Made by a program: the position numbers and the translations under genes
Shown here: piece by piece, positions 17,275 to 27,262 of the stretch
Layout of the letters: every line of letters begins with the position of its first letter
Numbering within the stretch: position 1 is the first letter of the stretch
NCBI GenBank assembly: GCA_048884785.1
Contig: JBHLQM010000021.1
Coordinates: 1-47,081, forward strand
DNA: 47,081 bases
From: Candidatus Thorarchaeota archaeon
GTDB lineage: Archaea > Asgardarchaeota > Thorarchaeia > Thorarchaeales > Thorarchaeaceae
Reading direction: 5' to 3'
Notes under the pieces: model-generated
The model's input: only the letters and a program-made list of their open reading frames with translations
The model's database searches: none
Told to the model about the DNA's origin: nothing

Positions 17275-17375
17275 CAATATTCAGCGTATTAACATAAAGC
17301 TTCATGAATGCACAAAGAAGCTGAACCTGCTTCAATCTAGATGAATATGACTGTCAAGAAGTCCATTGTCAAGTA

Positions 17376-18917
17376 TTATTCCTCAAGAAGAACACCAACC
17401 ACATTTGTAGCGTGCTCTAGGATGGAACCAGCCCTCATCATTTCCCTAACTGCCTTAATATCCCTATAAAATGCCCGATCTTCTTCAAGTGTTGGAATAG
17501 AACTTCTAATCAATTTGCGAACATTTTCTAATGGTTCGGAGGGTTTTAGTGGAGAGAGCAGATCAACACCTTGAGTTGCACAGAGGTATTCAACTGCAAT
17601 CACATTCGATACATTCTCAAGTATCTTCCAAGCCTTGCGTGCTGCAATTGTGCCCATACTAACATGGTCTTCTTGATCCGCACTTGTGGGAATAGAATCA
17701 ACACTTGCGGGATGCGCCAGTACTTTGTTCTCTGATACAAGTGAAGCAGCAGTATACTGAAGAAGCATCATCCCTGAATTCAATCCGCCGCTTTTGGTCA
17801 GGAATCCAGGAAGACCGCTTAGGTCCGGATTCTGAAGCCTATTGATGCGGCGCTCCGAGATGTTAGCTATCTCAGATAAGGCAATGCCTAGGAAGTCCAT
17901 CGCCAATGCAATTGGCTGGCCATGGAAATTGCCTCCAGATAGAACTGAGTCACTCTGTGGAAAGACCAGCGGATTATCAGTTGCAGAGTTGATTTCGGTT
18001 TCAATTATACTGCGAACATACCGAATTGTATCAAGAGAGGCTCCCAAAACTTGGGGAATGCACCTGAGGGAATATGCATCTTGAACCTTCCCGCACTTGG
18101 CGTGGGATTGATTAATTTCGCTATCTGGGAGTAATCTTCGCATTAGCTCTGCGACATGTACCTGCCCCTCATGAGGACGAACCTCATGTATCCTTGAATC
18201 GAATGCCACTCTAGTCCCGCGAAGTGCTTCAAGACTCATTGCTGCTGCGATAGCTGCTTCCTGAAGTACCAGAAATGCATCATGTACCACAAGTGCTGCA
18301 ATGGAAGTCATTGGTTGCGTGCCATTGATAAGAGCAACTCCTTCTTTTGCCTGAAGAGCAATAGGTGATATTCCGGCCTTCTTTAGGGCTTTTGGACCGT
18401 CGATTCGTCCCCCATTGAAAAATGCCTCACCCTCACCAATCATCACAAGAACCATATGTGCCAATGGTGCAAGGTCTCCACTTGAGCCAACGGAACCCTG
18501 TTCGGGCACAACAGGAACAACGTCCTTGTTCAACATTGCGAGTAGGGTTTCGACAACTTCCACTCTTGTGCCTGAGTAGCCTTTAGCAAGTGCATTGGCT
18601 CTAAGTAACATCATACCTCGGACTACTTCCTTTGGTAGAGGATCGCCAACACCAACACTGTGACTTCTTATCAGATTCACCTGAAGCGTAGCCAGATCAT
18701 TCTCATTGATGGACACATCTGCAAGATCGCCAAATCCAGTATTTACGCCATAGACTGTTCGTTTCTCCTTCAAAGCACGTTCAATTACAGCACGACTTTC
18801 TAGCATTTTCTTCCGAGCCATGTCATCTAGGACAATCTTTGACTTGTGCCGTGCAACACTAACCACATCTTCTATTGTTAGGCTCTCACCATCAATTGAA
18901 ACAACCACGAATATCAC
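17376..18917 (-). CDS. hutH: Histidine ammonia-lyase
   Basis: YGVNTGFG, GSVGSSGDLAPLAH, QDAYSLRC, SGGNFHG and QEDHVSMG motifs. Confidence 0.96.
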   Translation of the reverse strand: MIFVVVSIDGESLTIEDVVSVARHKSKIVLDDMARKKMLESRAVIERALKEKRTVYGVNTGFGDLADVSINENDLATLQVNLIRSHSVGVGDPLPKEVVRGMMLLRANALAKGYSGTRVEVVETLLAMLNKDVVPVVPEQGSVGSSGDLAPLAHMVLVMIGEGEAFFNGGRIDGPKALKKAGISPIALQAKEGVALINGTQPMTSIAALVVHDAFLVLQEAAIAAAMSLEALRGTRVAFDSRIHEVRPHEGQVHVAELMRRLLPDSEINQSHAKCGKVQDAYSLRCIPQVLGASLDTIRYVRSIIETEINSATDNPLVFPQSDSVLSGGNFHGQPIALAMDFLGIALSEIANISERRINRLQNPDLSGLPGFLTKSGGLNSGMMLLQYTAASLVSENKVLAHPASVDSIPTSADQEDHVSMGTIAARKAWKILENVSNVIAVEYLCATQGVDLLSPLKPSEPLENVRKLIRSSIPTLEEDRAFYRDIKAVREMMRAGSILEHATNVVGVLLEE

Positions 18918-19037
18918 TCAACCAAATGATAATTGACGGATTAGCTGTCCGTCAGGACAGTATCTAACCAGCAGCTGCGTGTTGCTTTAGTAATTATCGT
19001 TCATTCAAATGGTGATAGGTATTGACTTTCCTTAGTA

Positions 19038-21056
19038 CTAGGATTTCAGCTCTCGCTTGACCAAGTCCTCTACAAGTCCTTTCTTAGGAGTATAGGGTAG
19101 AGTGATTTGTCCAGCTTTGCCCATATTATCATTCCAGTTGATTGCTGTTTCAACAGCATGATCATTTCTTGCCCAGGCTCGTCTGGCGACACCGCACATG
19201 ACATCCCAGTCAATGGCTGACCGTATAATTCCATCAACTCTCTCGCTGCCATCCAACACGAGACCAAATCCTCCATTAATTGCCTTGCCCGTGCCTACTC
19301 CCCCACCATTTGACAGAACACATAGATTCATACCACGTGCAACATTCCCAGCCCAGCACTGGTGTGCCATATCACTTGTAATGTTGCTGCCATCATAAAT
19401 ATTGGCAGTTTCTCTGAATGGTGAATCAGTGCCGCCGGTATCATGATGGTCTCTCCCCAGCATGATTGGTCCTACTTTGCCCTCGCGTACCATCTCATTG
19501 AACTTGAGAGCTATATTGACCCTACCCTGAGCGTCTGCATATAATATTCGAGCTTGAGAGCCGACCACCAAGGCATTCTTCTCGGCGTTTCGAATCCAGA
19601 TGTAGTTGTCGCGGTCTTGCCCTCGCCTATTAGGATCTATGCAAGACATCGCCATTTTATCAGAAGCCACTAAATCTTCATGTTTCCCGCTCAGGCATAC
19701 CCATCTGAAAGGCCCGTATCCATAGTCAAAACAGATGGGGCCCATGATATCCTCAACATACGAAGGGAAGATGAAACCATCATTTGTATCCTCACCATTC
19801 TTGGCAATCTCCTTTGCTCCTGCATCAAAGACGGCTTTCAAGAAGCTATTACCGTAGTCCCAGAAGAAGGTGCCACGCTCTGTCATCTTTTTGATGAGTT
19901 TGAACTGTTTGATCAGCGACTTATCGACCAAATCCCGGAAGGTCTCACGGTCGCTCTTCAGGAGATCTCTGCCTTCATCAAAAGTCACTCCTTGTGGGGT
20001 GTACCCTCCACCATAGACATCATGACAGGAAGTCTGGTCGGAAGCAAGTTCTACCTTGAGACCCCTGTCTACCACATATTGCCATACATCTACAATATTA
20101 CCATAGTACCCAATTGATATTGCATTGCCGTTTTCTCGATGCTCTTGAACCCACTCGAATACCTTATCGAGGTCGGCAGACCATTTGCTTAGCCAACCTT
20201 GCTCACTCCGGGTATCAATACGGCTCTTATCAACCTCTGCGATTACTCCGATGCCACCTGCAATCTCTATGGCTTTAGCTTGAGCTCCACTCATGCCTCC
20301 AAGGCCAGAGGTAATGAACAACTTACCTCGCAGGTCTTGATTTTCTGGTAGTCCAAGGTATAAACGCCCAGCATTCAGCAGCGTGATATAGGTTCCGTGG
20401 ACAATTCCTTGGGGGCCTATGTACATCCAGCCGCCGGCAGTCATCTGGCCATAATTTGAATTTCCTAGGGCGGCTGACCTTCGGAAATCCTCAGGTGTAT
20501 CAAACATACCGACCATTAACCCGTTGGTTGAAATCACGCGTGGTGCTTCAAGGTTTGATGGAAAGAGCCCAACAGGATGACCTGAACTGACAACTAGAGT
20601 CTGATCCTCTTTCATGCTTTCTAGGTAGAGCTTGACCAATCTATACTGTAGCCAGTTTTGGCAGACCTGGCCTGATTCCCCATAGGTCACAAGTTCATAT
20701 GGATAGAGTGCGACATCGAAGTCAAGATTGTTATCAATCATGACTTGCATGGCTTTTGCTTCAAGAATTCCCTTGTATTCATTGATGGGTTTTGCCTTTA
20801 TTGCTCCTCTGGGTCTATACCTGTATGCATAGATTCGACCACGTGTCATTAACTCTTCAAGAAATTCAGGAGCAATCTTCTCATGGATCTCCAGGGGAAG
20901 ATAACGCAAAGCGTTTTTGACAGCAAGAACCATTTCTTTTTGGTCTAGTTGTAGGCCCCTATCAGGTGCTCTTCTATACTTAGGATCGAATTCAGGTTCC
21001 GGGGGCAGCTCGGATGACAATTTAATTGTCATTGCCTTGGAAACATTAAGTTCCAT
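19038..21056 (-). CDS. hutU: Urocanate hydratase, long (UROC1-like) type
   Basis: NNLD, YPYELVTYG, GQMTAGGWMYIGPQGIVHGT, GLGGMSGAQ, SDQTSCH and GRDHHD motifs. Confidence 0.96.
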   Translation of the reverse strand: MELNVSKAMTIKLSSELPPEPEFDPKYRRAPDRGLQLDQKEMVLAVKNALRYLPLEIHEKIAPEFLEELMTRGRIYAYRYRPRGAIKAKPINEYKGILEAKAMQVMIDNNLDFDVALYPYELVTYGESGQVCQNWLQYRLVKLYLESMKEDQTLVVSSGHPVGLFPSNLEAPRVISTNGLMVGMFDTPEDFRRSAALGNSNYGQMTAGGWMYIGPQGIVHGTYITLLNAGRLYLGLPENQDLRGKLFITSGLGGMSGAQAKAIEIAGGIGVIAEVDKSRIDTRSEQGWLSKWSADLDKVFEWVQEHRENGNAISIGYYGNIVDVWQYVVDRGLKVELASDQTSCHDVYGGGYTPQGVTFDEGRDLLKSDRETFRDLVDKSLIKQFKLIKKMTERGTFFWDYGNSFLKAVFDAGAKEIAKNGEDTNDGFIFPSYVEDIMGPICFDYGYGPFRWVCLSGKHEDLVASDKMAMSCIDPNRRGQDRDNYIWIRNAEKNALVVGSQARILYADAQGRVNIALKFNEMVREGKVGPIMLGRDHHDTGGTDSPFRETANIYDGSNITSDMAHQCWAGNVARGMNLCVLSNGGGVGTGKAINGGFGLVLDGSERVDGIIRSAIDWDVMCGVARRAWARNDHAVETAINWNDNMGKAGQITLPYTPKKGLVEDLVKRELKS

Positions 21057-21245
21057 ACTCTCACTTCCTCTGGTAAGTAGAAACTCTGGTGTCACAATTT
21101 ATGCGTTCCTCTCTCTGTTTTAATGTTCTTGAGAAAGAAATCACCAGAAGCTGGAATCTTGAATATAGGCCACCCTTCATGATTAAATGAGTCCAGAGAT
21201 TCATAGAGTTCATTAGCTTCGGTGAAGCAGCTTTCCTGTGATTAC

Positions 21246-21263
21246 TTGTGTACTGATACACAA
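21246..21263. promoter_or_regulatory. Palindromic candidate operator between hutU and the SBP gene
   Basis: TTGTGTA-CTGA-TACACAA, a perfect 7-bp inverted repeat. Confidence 0.45.
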
Positions 21264-21316
21264 AAGTGAAATTAATAGGCCGTAAATATTGAATTCAGAC
21301 AGAGGTTGGGTCAGGG

Positions 21317-23155
21317 TTGAGAGCTTGGACAATCGAATCGTCATTGATATCTCTTATTATCTTTACATCCATTGCTCAACCTATTGCAGCAAGTGTAGAC
21401 ATCTTTGAACATATATCCGAAACGTCGGGACCTTTCTTGGATTCGATCGAGTATCATGTCATCGAAAGCGATGAACAGCAAATCTTAGCCCTGTATGATG
21501 GTGAGATCGATCTAATTGGGGGTTTTGTTGATCCTATGACCATTCCGCCGTCGTTCAACCCTGATGCTAATATAGAAGTCGCCAACACTTTGAGAAATGG
21601 CTATGGTTATTTCACAATTAATTGTGAGAAGTATCCGCTGAATATCACAGCTCTCAGACGTGCCTTTGCCTTTGCACTTGATAAGCAGCGAATATCCGCT
21701 GAGGTCTGGGAAGGGCTTTCTCTGCCACTTGACTCTCCAGTTCCAGCTATCAATCCATATTCAATCGAGGGGCAGCTTCCATATAATTACTATGAGGCAA
21801 ATATTGCATACGGAAATCAGCTTCTGGATGTTGCTGGATTTCTTGATATTGATGATGATGACTATCGAGAGGCACCAGATGGTTCCGCATTTAAGATTCA
21901 GGTGGGGTGCAGTCAGGCAAGTCAGATTTATCTTGACATATGTACGGTTGCAGTAGAGGCATTGGAATCCCTGAGTATTGATGCAATCTCTTCAATTGAC
22001 GATTTCTATCCTTGGCCACCACCCTATAGTACAGACGATTATGATATCTGGTTGCTTGGAGCAACCTTTTCTGATTTTGATGTTGATTGGCTCGCCTACG
22101 AATACTGGTCCTACTATGCAGATGATCAATATCGGAACTTCCCCAGATGGAGTAACGCTTCATATGACTCTTGGCGAGAACAGCTCCTACACTCATTAGA
22201 CTATGATGAAGTCTACGAAGCTGCTGTAGAGATGCAAAAGATCTGGGTATATGAGTGCCCAGCTGTCATCTGCTATGAGAATATATGGCTATCAGCTTAC
22301 AGAACTGAAAAGTTGAGCGGATTTGTCAATGATGCACATAACGGAGTTTCATGCTGGTGGACAAATTACAGAGCACACTTGAAGGAGAGTGAAGGCGGTC
22401 CCTTTGGCGGCACCATGAGGATAAGCAATCCCCTAGATGTTGATACATTCAATTTCATGTCTAGTTCTTCTCAATATACTTGGAATGTGCTACAGATGCT
22501 CTATGATAGTCTTCTACGACAAGAACCTGGTGGAACAGATTTTCCTTGGTTTGCTGAGTCGTATTTCGTAGAAGCCCATGCTGACAATCCTGCTGTGACA
22601 GAAGGGCATACCAGAATCACATTCGAAATATTAGAGAACATAACATGGACTGATGGAAGTCAGCTAACTGCAGATGATGTGACTTTCTCTTTGAACTACT
22701 ATCATGAAGACGCTGAGAATCCATACGGACTCGACCTTGCTGACATGACTGCTGCATATGCCCCCAATCCCTATCAAGCAGTCGTTGAGTTTGAGAATGA
22801 ATCTTATTGGTACCTGCATAATGTGGGATATAAGCCAATCATCCCAAAGCATGTGTTTCAAGAGATTGGTTCTGAGAACTGGAACCTCTGGAATCCTATT
22901 CCCCCTAATGAAACTATGATCACATCAGGCCCTTTCAAGGTATCAAGGTATGAGCCGAGTGAAATCATCGAATTGACAAAGAATCTGGACTACTTCCGCG
23001 TCCTCAAGTTTGAAGATAATACTAATACGACCAACATCCAGCCAACTACTGATACTATATTTCCAATACCACTACAGCACATCTTCGTAACAATACCAAG
23101 TGTAGTTATTATTATAGTAGTGCTGGTGAAGTGGAGCTCTAGTAGAAGCAAATAG
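21317..23155 (+). CDS. ABC transporter substrate-binding protein, family 5 (peptide), with C-terminal TM anchor
   Basis: LRRAFAFALDK, YDSLL, TWTDGSQLTADDVTFS and SGPF motifs; N-terminal signal and C-terminal hydrophobic helix. Confidence 0.9.
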   Translation: MRAWTIESSLISLIIFTSIAQPIAASVDIFEHISETSGPFLDSIEYHVIESDEQQILALYDGEIDLIGGFVDPMTIPPSFNPDANIEVANTLRNGYGYFTINCEKYPLNITALRRAFAFALDKQRISAEVWEGLSLPLDSPVPAINPYSIEGQLPYNYYEANIAYGNQLLDVAGFLDIDDDDYREAPDGSAFKIQVGCSQASQIYLDICTVAVEALESLSIDAISSIDDFYPWPPPYSTDDYDIWLLGATFSDFDVDWLAYEYWSYYADDQYRNFPRWSNASYDSWREQLLHSLDYDEVYEAAVEMQKIWVYECPAVICYENIWLSAYRTEKLSGFVNDAHNGVSCWWTNYRAHLKESEGGPFGGTMRISNPLDVDTFNFMSSSSQYTWNVLQMLYDSLLRQEPGGTDFPWFAESYFVEAHADNPAVTEGHTRITFEILENITWTDGSQLTADDVTFSLNYYHEDAENPYGLDLADMTAAYAPNPYQAVVEFENESYWYLHNVGYKPIIPKHVFQEIGSENWNLWNPIPPNETMITSGPFKVSRYEPSEIIELTKNLDYFRVLKFEDNTNTTNIQPTTDTIFPIPLQHIFVTIPSVVIIIVVLVKWSSSRSK

Positions 23156-23242
23156 AGGTGTCTAGTGGAATGTTTCTGTCATAGAACAAGGTCTGAATTC
23201 CATTTTGATTTCAATATGCAGTACTATGGATTTATGATTCTT

Positions 23243-24151
23243 TTATTCACCAAATGCCCGGGCAACCATTTCTTCCAATCGTCGACGTCGAGGTGTTTTG
23301 AAGTAATGATGATGAGTGCCAATTGAAACCTTCGCTGTTTTTACATATTCGGAGCTTCTCACAGCTCGTACCAATGAATCGAGGTCTGGTAGGCTATCAA
23401 CAGCAAATAGGGCACCAACAATGGGTTCTGAAACTGAAACATAGACCTGCCATAACGGGTGGCTATAATTCTCCCATAACCATACTCGGAATTCTTCGGG
23501 GCCAATCTTACGTTCATCAAATGAGAACCATACAATGAACGGTATGCCACTCGCGGCACCAAGTTCCAAGTTTGCCGTGGCTCTAACACTGTTTGTTTCT
23601 TCCAAGTCTTGAAGGACTCTTCGAACTCTTCTTGCAGTCAAGCCTGTTTGATTGGCAATATCAACGATGGACATGCGAGCATCCTGAACTAGACAATGCA
23701 AGACTCGCAAGTGGAGATTTGTCAATTCGCACTCTCCACCCTTGTCTTGAAGGATCGTATGCATCACGACCTTCTCAACGCTTTGTAGTGCACGAAGATG
23801 CGTGCTGATAGACATCAACTCATTCGTATTGGTATATTCTCCCACAAGGTCATACGTTCCATCAGTATATGATGCAGCTGCAATTACATTCGGATTTGAT
23901 CCAATCTCAATAATCATTTCTTCCTCATCTCTGGATCCATCTGTTGAAACGAGACCAAAAGCAAACTCTGATCCGATCATCGCAGGGGAGAGCGCTATGG
24001 TATATTTATCGATCACACCGCTTTCTTCAAGCCGAATAATCCGTTTTCTTATTGCATTTGCCGATATTCCATGGCTTCGGGATAGTTCCTCATATGTCCT
24101 TCTGCAATTTCTAACTAGGTCAATGAGTATTCCCTTGTCTATTGTATCCAA
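23243..24151 (-). CDS. Tandem double Lrp/AsnC-family regulator
   Basis: Two Lrp-type HTHs (MDTIDKGILIDL...IRKRIIRLEESGVI; LHCLVQDARMSIVDIA). Confidence 0.88.
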   Translation of the reverse strand: MDTIDKGILIDLVRNCRRTYEELSRSHGISANAIRKRIIRLEESGVIDKYTIALSPAMIGSEFAFGLVSTDGSRDEEEMIIEIGSNPNVIAAASYTDGTYDLVGEYTNTNELMSISTHLRALQSVEKVVMHTILQDKGGECELTNLHLRVLHCLVQDARMSIVDIANQTGLTARRVRRVLQDLEETNSVRATANLELGAASGIPFIVWFSFDERKIGPEEFRVWLWENYSHPLWQVYVSVSEPIVGALFAVDSLPDLDSLVRAVRSSEYVKTAKVSIGTHHHYFKTPRRRRLEEMVARAFGE

Positions 24152-24277
24152 TTACACCATCACTCATGTAGCTATAGCCTAATCTGGGGGTAGAGAAGAA
24201 ATATATTCCAAATGAAAAACATGTCGCATTCAGTATAAGAAATATCATGAGAAACTAGAGGCGGAGAATTAGGGGAG

Positions 24278-24301
24278 GGGCCCACGCCTTGGGGTGGGCC
24301 C
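24278..24301 (-). terminator. GC-rich hairpin downstream of the small wHTH gene
   Basis: GGGCCCAC-N8-GTGGGCCC followed by a pyrimidine-rich tract on the minus strand. Confidence 0.5.
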
Positions 24302-24341
24302 AAGAGAGGAATAGTTAGCTAGAGATAGAAGGAATAAGCAT

Positions 24342-24638
24342 CTAAATCGTCTTGCGAAGATCCAAGAGAGTCGGAGGCATCTTCATCAGGTTGTCAGTCC
24401 CGAACTTGATAAGACGTCTTCGAACTTCATCTGATTCAATTCTATACAGTGGCTGCCTCATATCTTGGAGGTTGGGGACTCTGCGCAGGAGTTTGAACGC
24501 AGTCAGCTTCCGGAGTGCAAAGCTCACAGTTCGGAGAGGTAGGTCTGATTTACGACTTATTTCCTTTGGAGACATTGGCCCTCCTGTTGCAAGACTATGA
24601 AGGACAAGTCGTGCGCTCTTTGGAATACTTACACTCAT
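24342..24638 (-). CDS. Small winged-HTH DNA-binding protein (MarR/ArsR-like)
   Basis: GPMSPKEISRKSDLPLRTVSFALRKL...PNLQDMRQPLY. Confidence 0.85.
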   Translation of the reverse strand: MSVSIPKSARLVLHSLATGGPMSPKEISRKSDLPLRTVSFALRKLTAFKLLRRVPNLQDMRQPLYRIESDEVRRRLIKFGTDNLMKMPPTLLDLRKTI

Positions 24639-24869
24639 TGTAGGTCAAGCAAGTATGTAATGCAGAAAGAATATCTATTCGCGGGATTCAGCAAGTTCAG
24701 AAATGAGCTGTTGAGATATGCTCTACGCAAAAATACGAACCGAGAAGTTCGGAAAGTGTACAAGATGAGCATTTAGTCTGCTCTTGGGCATCAAAATAGG
24801 AATTTCACTGAAAAAGAATGAATGGGTTTCCATCTAGTTGGATGAAAATATGTGATTTTAAGGCCATGC

Positions 24870-25271
24870 CTATGGAGGGGTCAGTATTCTGAATATGTCT
24901 TCATCTGGTTGGCCTTCGAATTCTCTGTATGCGGTCCACATGCAATCTTGACCAATAATATCAAGTGAAAAATGGTTCCTTTGGAGATTAAGTAGGTATT
25001 CTAGAGTGCGGATCATGCCATTTAGTAGTGCAGTAGCATTTGGGTTCGCATCGTTTCTTGGCGGGTTTCCGTGCGCCATAACAGGCAGAGAAGATTCGAC
25101 TTCTATTGTTACTAGACTGGGATTCTCGACCTGTCTTATGACCAAAATTCTCAACCAGTCATCTTGGTAGAGTGTTGAGATGACCTCATCAACATCATTC
25201 AGATCCTCTGAAGTTGGCAACTTGGATGTTATTTCATGGAACTTTTGCTTAAGAGTGGTCTTTGAATGCAT
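24870..25271 (-). CDS. Hypothetical protein
   Basis: 133-aa ORF; no recognised motif. Confidence 0.6.
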   Translation of the reverse strand: MHSKTTLKQKFHEITSKLPTSEDLNDVDEVISTLYQDDWLRILVIRQVENPSLVTIEVESSLPVMAHGNPPRNDANPNATALLNGMIRTLEYLLNLQRNHFSLDIIGQDCMWTAYREFEGQPDEDIFRILTPP

Positions 25272-25439
25272 TGCCTTTCAAAATATTGTAGTATCAAGTG
25301 AATATCTATTCACGGTAACCAGCAAGTGCGGAAATGAGCTAATTAGCGCAAGTATTATACAAAAGCCAAGCATTCTATGAATGAAAGCAGCGACTTGGAT
25401 TCAAATCCATCCTGACTCATGAAAGGATAGTGCTATGAA

Positions 25440-25790
25440 ATGGGAGGTATTGTGTTCTTTCGTAGTTTGCATCTCAAGGAGATTGAAAAGTTCTATATCG
25501 AACGACTTGGAATGCAGTTATGGCTCAGGCAACAGGACTGCACAATCCTAAAACATGGAAATCTTATGCTCGGATTTTGCCAACGGGATGGGGCTGATGT
25601 TGATGCTATGATTACTTTTGTTCTCAATACCAAGGCCGATATCGATGAAGTGTATCTCAGACTTACCGACATTGCCGAAGAAGAACCCAAGGAAAATGCA
25701 AAATATGAAATCTACCAATTCTTCGGAAAAGATCCAGAGGGCAGAATACTTGAATTCCAAGTCTTTCTGAATCAATCCAATCTAAGATGA
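25440..25790 (+). CDS. VOC/glyoxalase-family protein
   Basis: FYIERLG...FFGKDPEGRILEF. Confidence 0.88.
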   Translation: MGGIVFFRSLHLKEIEKFYIERLGMQLWLRQQDCTILKHGNLMLGFCQRDGADVDAMITFVLNTKADIDEVYLRLTDIAEEEPKENAKYEIYQFFGKDPEGRILEFQVFLNQSNLR

Positions 25791-25829
25791 CAGAGTTGTA
25801 GGATATGTTATCCTAGTAATGAGGGTATT

Positions 25830-26411
25830 CTAGAGGCCGACAACAGAGGTCATCTCTGTGTTCCATCCAAACTTCTTCGCTTTCTGGAAGGCAGAACTTG
25901 AATCACTGAACTTGCCTTGAATCCAGAGCACAAGTCGAAGCTGATTCCAGAGGTCTGCATCCTCAGGGGCATCTTTGAGTGACTTACGCAAGCCGGATTC
26001 AATCTTTTTGAATTGTTTAATTTCCTGTTTCCTATTCTTTGCCGCTTCAACAAGAAGTGCATGAATGTAGTCGGGCGGCCGATCAAAGACGAAATTTAGA
26101 AACTCCTTGGGGCGGTTCTTCAGGAAATTGTTCAGGGCAACCTTTTGTGTATCTGACGCCCGCCAAAACTCACCGTTTACAAGTTGAAGCTCGTAGCCCC
26201 TCTGCATGAATTCCAACAGTTCATTGAAGTTCTTTGTGATAACGTGCGCATCACCATAAGATTGGATGCAACAATTCCATTGATAGTAGACTAGTCGATT
26301 CCCAACATCATATGTGATCTTTGGAGTCGGGTCTATTGTCTTTAAGTCGTTAAGTAAATCCTTAACGCTGTATTTCTTCCTTTTTGGGAAGCTCACCTCG
26401 GCATCACCCAC
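25830..26411 (-). CDS. Hypothetical protein with a C-terminal TPR-like motif
   Basis: PEDADLWNQLRLVLWIQGKFSDSSSAFQKA. Confidence 0.65.
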   Translation of the reverse strand: MGDAEVSFPKRKKYSVKDLLNDLKTIDPTPKITYDVGNRLVYYQWNCCIQSYGDAHVITKNFNELLEFMQRGYELQLVNGEFWRASDTQKVALNNFLKNRPKEFLNFVFDRPPDYIHALLVEAAKNRKQEIKQFKKIESGLRKSLKDAPEDADLWNQLRLVLWIQGKFSDSSSAFQKAKKFGWNTEMTSVVGL

Positions 26412-26482
26412 CCATCTAGACTATGCGTTCATCCCTGATAAATTATAGTTGGATGAGTGGTTTTTGATTGACATCATGGAAT

Positions 26483-27262
26483 CTAGAATGAAAGGTGCCA
26501 TTGCAACCATAGTGGGAGAGGTACAAACAGACGAACGTAGATGAGAGCAACGAGAATGACTAGGGAAAGGATTACCACCGCCCAATCACGTTTTCGAAAA
26601 GAGAGTGTTTCAAGATAGGTCCGGTTTTCAGAAGCTCCAAATCCTCTTGATTCCATACTCTCTGCAACGGAGAGGGCTCTTCTGATAGATACAATGATTA
26701 GAGGTACAATTATTGGAACAATGTTGCGTATACGCTTCAGAAGGTTACCTTTGTCTAGCTCAACTCCTCGAGCTCTTTGGGCATCCATAATTGCGTACGC
26801 TTCTTGACCTAGAGTAGGAACATATCTCATTGCCATACTCATTGCAAAAGCGAACTCGAATCTTACTCTCATCTGTATCAATGCTTGGGATAATTCATCA
26901 GGGTGCACGGTAAGGAAGAATAGAGAGAATGAAGTCATAAGAGCAATCAATCTGAGCGAAAGGGCAATTGAATAGGAAAATGGATACTCGGCTGTAGATA
27001 ATAGAGTGTTGAAAATAATTATGAATATCAATAAAGCTGCTAATCCTCTCATACTCTTTGCCCATCGTCGAAGGGACTTGGCGGCAGCTATCATTGGTAT
27101 TAGAAAGGTGAGTACAAGCAACAGTGGAACGATTTCTGAGAACATGAGAGAAATGGCCGCTAGAATGATGGAGAAAACAAGTTTTGCACGAGGGTCCAAA
27201 TCATGAATTATAGACTTCTGACGGGTATATTGAAACACTTCAAGAAACGAGATATCACCCAC
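26483..27262 (-). CDS. ecfT: ECF transporter transmembrane component T
   Basis: LDPRAK, MRYVPTL, AQRARG and MESRGF motifs. Confidence 0.95.
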   Translation of the reverse strand: MGDISFLEVFQYTRQKSIIHDLDPRAKLVFSIILAAISLMFSEIVPLLLVLTFLIPMIAAAKSLRRWAKSMRGLAALLIFIIIFNTLLSTAEYPFSYSIALSLRLIALMTSFSLFFLTVHPDELSQALIQMRVRFEFAFAMSMAMRYVPTLGQEAYAIMDAQRARGVELDKGNLLKRIRNIVPIIVPLIIVSIRRALSVAESMESRGFGASENRTYLETLSFRKRDWAVVILSLVILVALIYVRLFVPLPLWLQWHLSF

